DNA from: a bacterium
GTDB taxonomy: Bacteria > CALINM01
Assembly: GCA_041640455.1 (NCBI GenBank)
Contig: JBEQAF010000007.1
Location: 1 to 28,467, forward strand
Length of the DNA: 28,467 nt
Reading direction: 5' to 3'
Shown piece after piece: positions 1 through 8,258 of this stretch. Position numbers and translations under genes: made by a program. A model generated the notes under the pieces. The model was not told where the DNA came from and did no database searches. It worked only from the letters and a program-made list of their open reading frames with translations. Within the stretch, counting starts at the first letter, position 1, and every line of letters starts with the position of its first letter.

Positions 1-12
1 CCTCCTTCTATC

Positions 13-693
13 TTAAATTATTCCATTGTCTTTTAAGCTGTAGTAACCGCTCTGAGAAAATATTATATGGTCAAGGAGCTCAAAGCCAAAGTATTTTAAT
101 CCCTCGTAAAGCTCTTTGCTAAATTTTACATCCTGCTCACTGGGATTTACATCATTTGATGGGTGGTTATGAATAAGAATTATTCTTGATGCTCCATATT
201 TTATAAGCCCTCTTATAAACTCCTGAGGGTGCACCAGACAGGCGTTAGTTAGACTGCTTCCCAGTCTTTCTTCCCTTAAAACCTGATTTTTAGAGTTAAG
301 ATAGAGACTGATAAAGCTTTCTATATTTCCCTTCTCATAAAATTCACATTTGTAAAGCTCATACACATCTTTTGGTCCCCTGATAAACGGCTTTTTTAGC
401 TCTCCCTCTTTTTCGTATCTTTTTGCAAGTTCAATTACGGAAAGCAGGGTAGCCACTTTTGCCTTTTCCAGACCTTTTATTCTCAATAGCTCTTCTTTAT
501 CTGCAGAGAAGAGATTTTTTAAAGAGCCAAACTCCTCTAAAATCTCCTTTGATAGTTCAATAACGTTTTTATCTTTTGTGCCTGTTCTTAAAAGTATGGC
601 AATCAGCTCATGGGTGGCAAGAGAAGAAGCATTGTTTTTTAAAAGCTTTTCTCTGGGTCTTTCTTCTAAAGAAAGTTCTTTAATCTTTACCAA
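13..693 (-). CDS. radC: RadC family protein (HhH + JAB domain)
   Basis: N-terminal ERPREKL...EL(I)AILLRTG, HhH-like IKGLEKAK, and JAB motif HNHPS-x(5)-PSEQD plus LLDHII. Start moved to the TTG at 693 (GAGG 9 nt upstream) from the ORF-track start at 708. An SD-like GAAGGAGG at positions 1-8 (minus strand) suggests another gene continues beyond the window. Confidence 0.93.
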   Translation of the reverse strand: MVKIKELSLEERPREKLLKNNASSLATHELIAILLRTGTKDKNVIELSKEILEEFGSLKNLFSADKEELLRIKGLEKAKVATLLSVIELAKRYEKEGELKKPFIRGPKDVYELYKCEFYEKGNIESFISLYLNSKNQVLREERLGSSLTNACLVHPQEFIRGLIKYGASRIILIHNHPSNDVNPSEQDVKFSKELYEGLKYFGFELLDHIIFSQSGYYSLKDNGII

Positions 694-1492
694 GGATAGC
701 AGCCTCAAAATAACTTTTAAACTTGCTGTAGCTTATGTCAGCCCTTTTTATTACCTCCATCATCTCATCGTGTATCTTTCCGTTTGAAGCAACAAAATGC
801 TTATCATAAGGAGTTGCCTCTTCGCCATATATACTGGTAACCCTTCCGCCAGCCTCTCTTATAAAAAGAATACCCGCAGCCACATCCCAGGGCTTTAGCC
901 CCAGCTCAAAAAACCCATCAAACCTGCCACAGGCAGTATAGCATAGATCCAGTGCGGCTGAGCCGCCTCTTCTTATCCCGATACAGTTTGGCAGCATATG
1001 ATTGAAATAGTTAAGAATCATGGGCATAAACTCATCCAGATAGGGAAATCCTGTAGCAAGCAGAGCAGTTTTTAACCTCTCTGTTTCTGAAACGCAGATC
1101 TTTTCATTATTTAGATAGGCACCACCACCCTTTTTCCCGTGAAAAAACTCTGAAAGTAGCGGATTATAGACCCAGCCTTCTTTAATCTCGTCATCCTCCA
1201 CATATGCAATGGATATGCAAAAGGCGGGATATCGATGGGCAAAATTTGTTGTTCCATCCAGCGGATCTATAATAAATGCGGTTTTAAATCTCTCACCCGT
1301 CGCAGACTCCTCACTGACTACGGGAATCTGAGGATATAACCTCCCCAGCTCTTCTTTTAAAAAATTTTCCACTCTGATATCTGCTTCTGTGACCAGATCT
1401 CTTACACCTTTAAAATTTACAGACACACCTCTGGTATAAAAATCATTAAGAATCTTTCCTGCGCTGAAGATTAGCTCTTTAATCTCTTCCAT
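680..1492 (-). CDS. suhB: Inositol monophosphatase family protein (SuhB-like)
   Basis: Motifs DLVTEAD, SEE, IIDPLDGTTNF, RRGGSAALDLC, LKPWDVAAG. Confidence 0.93.
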   Translation of the reverse strand: MEEIKELIFSAGKILNDFYTRGVSVNFKGVRDLVTEADIRVENFLKEELGRLYPQIPVVSEESATGERFKTAFIIDPLDGTTNFAHRYPAFCISIAYVEDDEIKEGWVYNPLLSEFFHGKKGGGAYLNNEKICVSETERLKTALLATGFPYLDEFMPMILNYFNHMLPNCIGIRRGGSAALDLCYTACGRFDGFFELGLKPWDVAAGILFIREAGGRVTSIYGEEATPYDKHFVASNGKIHDEMMEVIKRADISYSKFKSYFEAAILGKD

Positions 1493-1500
1493 CTTATCTC

Positions 1501-1764
1501 CTAAAGTATTATGCGATATTTTCTTGCGTAGTTTTCTATAAGTACAAGCGCCTGATTGATCCGCATAAGGCGGATCTGCTTTTTTTTCGTATCCTCCAGC
1601 TCGGTGGTTACCATAGATCTAATATCTCTCTGCACAATCTTCAGGGATCCGTAAATCTCTTTTATCTCTTTCTGAGATAGGGTTTTCAGATAGGGGATGG
1701 ATATATTGAAAAAGCCGTTAGATATATCTTCTGCAAATTTTTTCGGGCTACCCTGTAGTGCCAT
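1501..1764 (-). CDS. Small hypothetical protein (87 aa, predicted helical)
   Basis: Fills the gap between pcrA and suhB; its ATG overlaps the pcrA stop and an SD (AGGAG) lies upstream. No recognised motif. Confidence 0.75.
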   Translation of the reverse strand: MALQGSPKKFAEDISNGFFNISIPYLKTLSQKEIKEIYGSLKIVQRDIRSMVTTELEDTKKKQIRLMRINQALVLIENYARKYRIIL

Positions 1765-3890
1765 TATTGCTCTCCTTTTGACAGGAAGGAGCCCAGTATC
1801 TTTTTCTCCTGACCAGTATTAAAACGGACAAGATAAAGCGGATCACTCCCTTCAGTTATTATGCTAAGTACCTTCCCCCATCCGTAATGTTTGTGAAAGA
1901 CTTTATCAGAATTTTCTGATTTATTATCTGTACGCTCCTTTTTTTCTTCAAAAAAGATTCTGTCAATATGGGGAGCACTTTCTTTTTCGTTACGGAAGAG
2001 ATCATCGGGGAGCTCTTCCAGAAATGGAGAGATTCTCTGCAATCTGCCATTTCTCTGACTGGCATAGCTTAAAAAGAGCCTCTCTTTTGCCCTTGTTACA
2101 GCCACATAAAAAAGCCTTCTCTCTTCTTCAAGATTATACTCCTGTTTCGCCAGCGCATGTGGAAATATGTCATCTTCAATGGCAGTTACAAAAACAACTG
2201 GAAACTCAAGCCCCTTTGCTGAATGAACTGTCATAAGGGTTATGGAGTCTGAATTCTCATTTTTATTTATATCTTCTATCACAATCTCGTTTATAAAATC
2301 CGAATAGCTCTTTTCTTCTCTGGCATTTTCTGTAAGAGCAATTTTAAGCTCTTCAATATTTTTGAGCCTCTCATCCAGCTCCTTTTCATCTTTAACATCC
2401 TTTTTTAGCTGTTCCTGATAGGCGGTTATGTCCATAATTTTATCAATAAATGCTGAGGGCTCAAGAGTTTCCATCTCTTCTTTCAGTTTTAAAATATTGT
2501 TCAAAAAAGCCTTTAATGCGAGGGTTATCTTGGTGTTTCTGTCAGATTTAGAAATAAATTCTTTTGTGGCTTCTATAAGTCCAACTTCTTTTTTATGCAA
2601 GCCCATTATCTTGCTAAGAGTCTGTTTTCCCACTCCCTCAAGGGCATAGCTCGCTATCCTCTGAAAACTTAAGACATCGTTAGAATTTAAAAGAAACCTT
2701 ATGAAAGCAAGAATATCCTTAATCTCTTTTCTGTTATAAAATCTTATGGAGCCGTATATGCGGTAGGGCAGTCTTTCTTTTCTCAACATATCTTCGTATC
2801 TTCTTGAGAGATGATTGGTTCTGTAAAATATGGCAATATCTCTATATTTATACCCCATCTGGAGAAGCAGTTTGATGTGTTTGAGAATTTTGTTTACCTC
2901 ATCCTTTTCATCCAGATTTTGTAATAGACATATCTTTTCGCCACAATCTTTTATGGCAAAAAGCTCCTTTCTCATTCTCTGCCTGTTTCTGCTGATTATG
3001 TGGTTAGCCAGATCAATAATGTTTTTTGTGGATCTGTAGTTTTTTGAGAGATGAATTATTTTGGCTTCGGGAAAATCTTTTTTAAAATCCAGTATGTTTC
3101 TTATCTCGGCACCTCTAAAGCTATAGATGGACTGATCATCGTCCCCTACTACAGTAAGATTTCTGTTGTTTCCGCAAAGCAGTTTAAGTATCTTATACTG
3201 AATAAGATTGGTATCCTGATACTCATCTACCAGCACGAAGGGGAACCGCTGCTCATATTTCTTCAATATATCCCTGTTACTGACCATTGTCTCGTACATA
3301 ACGTAGAGCAGATCTCCAAAATCTAAAAGCCCCCTTTCTTTCTTAATCTCCTCATATCTTGTAATTATTGAGCTATAAATATCAGAAAGATACTCGGCGA
3401 AGAAGGCATCTTTAATATACTTTTCCAGCTTAACGCCCTTATTTTTCCAGTCATTAATAACTGGTTTAATCCTTTTTGGGGGTATCTCATCCTTGTCAAT
3501 ATTAAGAAGAGTTACTACCTCAGCAATCAGTCTCAGCTGGTCTTCGTCATCAATTATCTGAAGCTCCTTAGTGGTTAAAACATGCTGATTTTCTTTTATA
3601 AACATAAATCCAAAGGAGTGAAAGGTAGTGGCAAGCACATTTTTTAAATAATCACCCTTCGGAAAGCTTTTAAGCCTTTCCACCATCTCATTTGCCGCCT
3701 TGTTGGTAAAGGTAAGGGCAAGAATGGATGAGGGACTTACGCCATAGTGGTTTATAAGATAGGCTATTTTGGCTATGACGGTTCTCGTCTTACCAGAACC
3801 GGCTCCAGCGAGGATTAATAGAGGACCTTTAAAATGAATAACCGCTTCTTTCTGCTCTTCGTTCAGATGTTTTAAAATATTCTCAGACAT
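1764..3890 (-). CDS. pcrA: UvrD/PcrA family SF1 DNA helicase
   Basis: LAGAGSGKT, TFTNKAA, TFHS, VDEYQD, VGDDDQSIY, NYRS, TVHSAKGLEF, YVAVTRA. C-terminal Tudor-like segment KVFHKHYGWGKV. SD AGGTGAGG. Confidence 0.95.
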   Translation of the reverse strand: MSENILKHLNEEQKEAVIHFKGPLLILAGAGSGKTRTVIAKIAYLINHYGVSPSSILALTFTNKAANEMVERLKSFPKGDYLKNVLATTFHSFGFMFIKENQHVLTTKELQIIDDEDQLRLIAEVVTLLNIDKDEIPPKRIKPVINDWKNKGVKLEKYIKDAFFAEYLSDIYSSIITRYEEIKKERGLLDFGDLLYVMYETMVSNRDILKKYEQRFPFVLVDEYQDTNLIQYKILKLLCGNNRNLTVVGDDDQSIYSFRGAEIRNILDFKKDFPEAKIIHLSKNYRSTKNIIDLANHIISRNRQRMRKELFAIKDCGEKICLLQNLDEKDEVNKILKHIKLLLQMGYKYRDIAIFYRTNHLSRRYEDMLRKERLPYRIYGSIRFYNRKEIKDILAFIRFLLNSNDVLSFQRIASYALEGVGKQTLSKIMGLHKKEVGLIEATKEFISKSDRNTKITLALKAFLNNILKLKEEMETLEPSAFIDKIMDITAYQEQLKKDVKDEKELDERLKNIEELKIALTENAREEKSYSDFINEIVIEDINKNENSDSITLMTVHSAKGLEFPVVFVTAIEDDIFPHALAKQEYNLEEERRLFYVAVTRAKERLFLSYASQRNGRLQRISPFLEELPDDLFRNEKESAPHIDRIFFEEKKERTDNKSENSDKVFHKHYGWGKVLSIITEGSDPLYLVRFNTGQEKKILGSFLSKGEQ

Positions 3891-3921
3891 GCCTCACCTT
3901 TTCTGTGGTATTATTTATTTT

Positions 3922-4683
3922 ATGATAAAAGGGATTAAAATTAAAGTTTTTATAGCTCTTCTTACACTTATTGCCAATCCTGTACATGTGTTTTCAGAAG
4001 AGTTCAGGGCGTGTTTTGATGTGAAGGTATTGTTTTTCAGGGTGGGTGAAAGCTGTATCAGTTATAAAGACGGTGGCGAGGATATTATTATTGAAAGCTT
4101 AATAAGAACAGTAAATATTGCCTCTAAAGCCAAAAAGGTAGAAGATCGTGGTGGAGCAGTATTAATTAAAAAGAACCTGATACCAAAAACCTTTGTTTTT
4201 CATCAACAGGAAGGAGGGTTTAAAAGATATCAGCGCTATGACTTTGAAGACGGGAAAATTAAAGTAGTGGAGACAAAATATAAAGGATTAAGTGATGAGA
4301 TTGAAAAGGATGAGCATAAAACATACAGTCACTATGGTCAGCGAGACCCTTTTTCTGCTTCCCTGTATCTTTTCAGAGAGGTATTTAGATCAGAAAGGGG
4401 GTATCTAAATCTTTTTTATGATGACCGTACCTATCAGATCCCCTTCAATGTTATAAAAGAAGAGGAAATTAAGCTGGCTAATACAAGCTATTCAACTCGA
4501 AAGGTTCTTATCCGACCTGACATATTAGGAAAAGGACTTTTAAGACCCAAAGGAGACTGGTATATCTGGGTGGACAGGGAAACTTTGCTTCCAATAAAAA
4601 TGAGCGTGGGTTTTATTATCGGAAGCGTAAATGTTTTAATCTCGAGGATAGAAGGAGATAGACATTTTTTAAAATCTTTCTGA
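3922..4683 (+). CDS. DUF3108-like exported beta-rich protein
   Basis: N-terminal signal-like hydrophobic segment, RDPFSA and YIWVDRETLLPIK resembling DUF3108. Start placed at ATG 3922 to avoid overlap with the pcrA start and SD. Confidence 0.6.
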   Translation: MIKGIKIKVFIALLTLIANPVHVFSEEFRACFDVKVLFFRVGESCISYKDGGEDIIIESLIRTVNIASKAKKVEDRGGAVLIKKNLIPKTFVFHQQEGGFKRYQRYDFEDGKIKVVETKYKGLSDEIEKDEHKTYSHYGQRDPFSASLYLFREVFRSERGYLNLFYDDRTYQIPFNVIKEEEIKLANTSYSTRKVLIRPDILGKGLLRPKGDWYIWVDRETLLPIKMSVGFIIGSVNVLISRIEGDRHFLKSF

Positions 4684-4702
4684 TTAAAATTCCAAAAATA
4701 AC

Positions 4703-4731
4703 TTCAAGTAAGTGCTTTTTTTTTATATAAT
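4703..4731 (+). promoter_or_regulatory. Sigma70-type promoter of the small-ORF-ftsEX-envC operon
   Basis: TTCAAG (4703-4708), 17 nt, TATAAT (4726-4731). The ATG follows 7 nt later with no SD. Confidence 0.6.
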
Positions 4732-4738
4732 CTCAGTT

Positions 4739-5023
4739 ATGGTGGTTCCTGGTCTTAACAATAATTTTAAATACAAAGATCTTATTTTTCATATTCAGAC
4801 AGAAGATACGGGGGAAAAAGGTTATTTCATAGTCACCCATCTATATTACGGCGGCACCATTGTAGCTTCAAAAAAGATCTGCTATGCCGATGCCAGAAGC
4901 TGTACTGAGCTTCCGCAGCTTGTTAAGGAGCTAATAGAAAGTCAGCACAAAAAGATGCTTTTAGAGCTCAGTCAGGGCGTATACGACTCCAAAATAAGAG
5001 CCATTACAAATGCTAACGTTTGA
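4739..5023 (+). CDS. Small hypothetical protein (94 aa)
   Basis: ORF MVVPGLNNNFKYKDLIFHIQTEDTG...THLYYGGTIVASKK, overlapping the ftsE start by 14 nt. Resembles a family of uncharacterised proteins with an H(I/V)QTED motif (from recall). Confidence 0.75.
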   Translation: MVVPGLNNNFKYKDLIFHIQTEDTGEKGYFIVTHLYYGGTIVASKKICYADARSCTELPQLVKELIESQHKKMLLELSQGVYDSKIRAITNANV

Positions 5024-5669
5024 TAACGTATCCTACTGTTATCAGCCAAAGGCTTCAGGATTAAAAGACATTAGCTTTTCCATAGAAAAGGGTGAGTTTG
5101 TTTTTATCACTGCTTCTTCCTCCCAGTATAAAACTACTTTTTTAAACCTGATTTATGGCATCATACTGCCCCAGCAGGGTAGCATAAAAGTTATGGATAT
5201 CAGACTTCCTGAAGATAGAAAAAAAATCCCCATGCTCAGGAGAAAGGTGGGCTACATCTTTTCTAACCCAGTCTTTTTTGAAAATCTTACAGTTGAGCAG
5301 AATCTAAAGATCGCACTGATTGTTAAACAGAACAGTTATGACCCCGATTATACGAAAGAGCGCATAAATAGGTGTCTTTCTTTCTTTCCTGAATTAAAAG
5401 CCGATTCAGAGGTTTACAAGCTATCAGCAACGGCAAAGGAGAAGCTTAATATTTTAAGAGGAATAATCTCAGCGCCCCATCTCATCCTGGCAGATGAACC
5501 CTTTAAAAACTTTTCTCAGGAAGAAACCATCCGCACCATTGATATACTCTCTGAGGAGAATAACAGAGGAGTTACCATAATTATTGCCACATCAAATAGA
5601 TACCTACCAACGCAGTTTAATAAAAAATCCATAGAGATTAAAGGCGGGAAGATATTAAGTGAGTCTTAA
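5010..5669 (+). CDS. ftsE: FtsE-like ABC ATPase with degenerate catalytic motifs
   Basis: IEKGEFVFIT, IPMLRRKVG, LTVEQNL, LILADEP and position directly before ftsX and envC. Walker A, Q-loop, signature, D-loop and H-switch are non-canonical. Confidence 0.85.
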   Translation: MLTFDNVSYCYQPKASGLKDISFSIEKGEFVFITASSSQYKTTFLNLIYGIILPQQGSIKVMDIRLPEDRKKIPMLRRKVGYIFSNPVFFENLTVEQNLKIALIVKQNSYDPDYTKERINRCLSFFPELKADSEVYKLSATAKEKLNILRGIISAPHLILADEPFKNFSQEETIRTIDILSEENNRGVTIIIATSNRYLPTQFNKKSIEIKGGKILSES

Positions 5670-6528
5670 GGCAAGCAAAGAGGTTTTTAATCTGGTCTTC
5701 AAAAATCGGTTTGCACACCGACTGATGAATGTGATATTTCTCAGTTTTGTTTTCTTTTTCTTTTTTAATATTGCCACTATCTTTTTTAACCTTAATAGAT
5801 TTTTTGAAAAAACTGCCCAGGAGGTGGTTTTTTACGCCTTTGTTGACAAATCAGTAAATGATGTGGCACTGAAAAAGCTCAGCAAGACCATGTCCCTCTG
5901 GCACGAAACCAAGCTTGTAAATATCATATCCGAGGAGGAAGGACTAAAACTGCTAAAAAAATCTTTAGGCAAGGATGCGGAGATACTTAAATCCCTTGAA
6001 AAAAACCCCCTGCCAGTTACCCTGGAGATAACATTGAATCCGAACTTTGTGGATCCAATATCTATCAGTTCATTTAAGAACAAGCTTTCCAAATACAGAG
6101 AAATATCCTGGTATGACTCCACTGAAAAATATATAGGACCTATTCTTCAGATGAAGGATCTTTTCAGAAAAATATTTGCTGGCTCTTTACTTTTCCTGCT
6201 TGCTCTGATATTTATCTCCTTCAGATTTTCCTTTAAAACACTTTTTCTCAGATTCAGCGGTGAGTTAAAACTGTTAAAACTACTTGGTGCAGGTGAATAT
6301 TTTATAATGTTGCCGTTAATTATTGAGGGCTTTCTTGAAACATTAATCGCCTCACTGATTGCATCGGCAGGAAATATTTCCATTTATAACATGTTAAAAA
6401 CCAACCTTCATATCTTCGGCATACAGGTAGAGCCTCTTCAGTTTAGCTATTATGCCCTAATATCGCTGATTTTTTCCATCTTTTCGTCCTTAGGTGTGTT
6501 ATCAATAAGAAAGATAAGGGAGATATGA
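5659..6528 (+). CDS. ftsX: Cell division permease FtsX
   Basis: TM1, a large periplasmic loop with NPLP, then LKLLGAGEYFIMLPLIIEG and further TM helices. Confidence 0.88.
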   Translation: MSLKASKEVFNLVFKNRFAHRLMNVIFLSFVFFFFFNIATIFFNLNRFFEKTAQEVVFYAFVDKSVNDVALKKLSKTMSLWHETKLVNIISEEEGLKLLKKSLGKDAEILKSLEKNPLPVTLEITLNPNFVDPISISSFKNKLSKYREISWYDSTEKYIGPILQMKDLFRKIFAGSLLFLLALIFISFRFSFKTLFLRFSGELKLLKLLGAGEYFIMLPLIIEGFLETLIASLIASAGNISIYNMLKTNLHIFGIQVEPLQFSYYALISLIFSIFSSLGVLSIRKIREI

Positions 6529-7634
6529 TAAGGATTTTATCTTTCCTGCTGATTGTTATTTTCATAAGTTCAGCAAATATCTCTAACAGCTCTCAGGACG
6601 CCAAGATTGAGGAGTTGAAAAGACGCATAGAAGAGGAAAGGAAGGAGATTGAGGAGTTAACCAGAAAAGAAAAAAAAATCTCCCTTTCCTTAGGGGAGAT
6701 AAAGAAAAAGATATTGGAAATAAAGGATAAAATAAGCTCTGTAGAAAAAAACAAACGGCTTATCGAGATAGAATACAATAAACTAATAAGTGAAAATGAA
6801 AAGATTAAGGAGAAACTATCCTTTAATCAGGCAGAGCTCGAAAAGAGAATCCTTCTCTGGCACAAGGCAAACCTTTTTAAAAAGGACACACCCTCTCTGA
6901 ACATAAAGGAGTCACTTTTATTTTCAGCCTATATGAGGCATATCTTTAACTATGACAGGGAGCTTATAGAATCCTTAAGGTCAGATAAACTTGCCCTTGA
7001 GCAGAATATTTCAAAAACCCAGAGTAAAAAGAAAGAGATTGATTTAACAGAAGAAAGCCTGAGACAGAAAAGGGCGATTCAAGAGGCTCTGCAGGCACGG
7101 GAAAAGGAGCTTCTGCTAAAGACCAAAAAGGAAAAGGATGTTCATATCAAAAATCTTAAAGCTGCCGAAGCATCTCTGAGACAGCTTGAAGCGTTGCTAA
7201 AAAAGGTAGAAGAGGTGCCTCAGTATGAGGGACGGGGGCTTTCTAAAAAGATTCTACCTTTCCCTGTAAAAGGTGAGATTGTGGGGCATTTTGGCATAGA
7301 AGAGGGGCTTGTAAAGGGGTCAAAGTTTACGAGAAAAGGGATTGAGATAAAAGCATCTGACGGCGCATCGGTTAGAAGTATAGATAAAGGGAGAATCGTT
7401 CATATAGGATGGATAAAGGCTCTGGGCAACATCTGCATAATCAGCCATGGTGACAGCTATTATTCAGTATATGGTAGACTTAAAGAGGTAACAAGAAAGA
7501 AGGGGGATGAGATAAATCAGGGAGAGGTGATAGGCTTCGTAGGCTCAGACGCCATGTTTTATGATTATCCCTCCCTGTATTTTGAAATAAGAAAAAAGGA
7601 TAAACCTATAAATCCTGAGCCTTTATTAAGATAA
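6525..7634 (+). CDS. envC: Murein hydrolase activator EnvC (coiled coil + degenerate M23/LytM)
   Basis: Signal peptide, long coiled coil, PFPVKG, KGIEI (no HxxxD), YYSVYG, LYFEIR (no HxH), PINP. The degenerate LytM domain is typical of EnvC. Confidence 0.88.
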   Translation: MIRILSFLLIVIFISSANISNSSQDAKIEELKRRIEEERKEIEELTRKEKKISLSLGEIKKKILEIKDKISSVEKNKRLIEIEYNKLISENEKIKEKLSFNQAELEKRILLWHKANLFKKDTPSLNIKESLLFSAYMRHIFNYDRELIESLRSDKLALEQNISKTQSKKKEIDLTEESLRQKRAIQEALQAREKELLLKTKKEKDVHIKNLKAAEASLRQLEALLKKVEEVPQYEGRGLSKKILPFPVKGEIVGHFGIEEGLVKGSKFTRKGIEIKASDGASVRSIDKGRIVHIGWIKALGNICIISHGDSYYSVYGRLKEVTRKKGDEINQGEVIGFVGSDAMFYDYPSLYFEIRKKDKPINPEPLLR

Positions 7635-7668
7635 GCCGGAACCTTGTTATTTATCTCTAAAGGCTCAG
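7615..7668. terminator. Hairpin between convergent envC and hsp20 (possible bidirectional terminator or stabiliser)
   Basis: CTGAGCCTTTA (7615-7625) is the perfect reverse complement of TAAAGGCTCAG (7658-7668), with an inner AGATAA/TTATCT pairing. U-tails are weak. Confidence 0.55.
7622..7642 (+). repeat. Left arm of inverted repeat flanking hsp20
   Basis: TTTATTAAGATAAGCCGGAAC matches the reverse complement of 8156-8176 at 20/21 positions. Confidence 0.85.
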
Positions 7669-7670
7669 TA

Positions 7671-8123
7671 TTACTGAACATCAATCTTAATCTCTTTTGC
7701 CTTTGCTTTTTCGGTCTTAGGTATTACGATCTCAAGTACGCCGTTTTTCATATTAGCCTTGGCTTCCTCAGTTTTCACATCAGCAGGTAGCTGTATTGTT
7801 CTTGAGAATGCGCCATAGGCTATCTCCTGTCTGTAGTAATTTTTCTTTTTCTCTTCCTGCTCTTTTTTAACTTCGCCCTTGATGGTTAAAAGATTGTCGG
7901 TAATCTTAATACTTACATCCTTTTTGTCAACACCAGGGATAGCAGCCTTTACAATCACCTCATTGTCGGTCTCGCTGAGGTCAATGGCAGGGGCAAAAGC
8001 AAAATCCTCTTCGCTTAATGCAGGAAACCTTCTCCCAAAAAAGTCTTCAAAAATCTTGTCCATCTCTTTTTTAAGATCTGTGATACCTCTGAAAGCTGAG
8101 GGTTCCCATTTCATTAGTGCCAT
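7671..8123 (-). CDS. hsp20: Hsp20/alpha-crystallin small heat shock protein
   Basis: PAIDLSET, IPGVDKKD, YGAFSRTIQLP, ANMKNGVLEIVIPK. Strong SD AAGGAGG. Confidence 0.96.
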   Translation of the reverse strand: MALMKWEPSAFRGITDLKKEMDKIFEDFFGRRFPALSEEDFAFAPAIDLSETDNEVIVKAAIPGVDKKDVSIKITDNLLTIKGEVKKEQEEKKKNYYRQEIAYGAFSRTIQLPADVKTEEAKANMKNGVLEIVIPKTEKAKAKEIKIDVQ

Positions 8124-8155
8124 GGTCTTTTACCTCCTTTCTGCAAGTTTTATCT

Positions 8156-8176
8156 GTTCCGGCTTATCTAAATAAA
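8156..8176 (-). repeat. Right arm of inverted repeat flanking hsp20
   Basis: Minus strand reads TTTATTTAGATAAGCCGGAAC and lies at the start of the predicted hsp20 5' UTR. Confidence 0.85.
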
Positions 8177-8177
8177 T

Positions 8178-8206
8178 TAATAATAACTGAGTTTTTTGTT
8201 GTCAAG
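8178..8206 (-). promoter_or_regulatory. hsp20 promoter with overlapping HAIR-like operator
   Basis: TTGACA (8205-8200), 17 nt, TATTAA. CTTGACA-N7-ACTCAGT matches the HspR HAIR consensus CTTGAGT-N7-ACTCAAG at 10/14. Confidence 0.5.
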
Positions 8207-8222
8207 AGTGGTTAAATGGGTA

Positions 8223-8245
8223 TGCAGGGAGCTAAACTCCCTGCA
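8223..8245 (-). terminator. Stem-loop downstream of the dodecin gene
   Basis: TGCAGGGAG-5 nt-CTCCCTGCA perfect 9-bp stem 13 nt after the dodecin stop; no strong U-tract. Confidence 0.55.
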
Positions 8246-8258
8246 ATTAAAGACAAAA

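Noticed and set aside
7250..7634. Loss of zinc ligands in the M23 domain as a novelty
   Set aside because: This is the normal state of EnvC.
8188..8215. CIRCE element upstream of hsp20
   Set aside because: Only an imperfect half-site (GAGTGGTTAA) is present, with no partner arm at 9-nt spacing.
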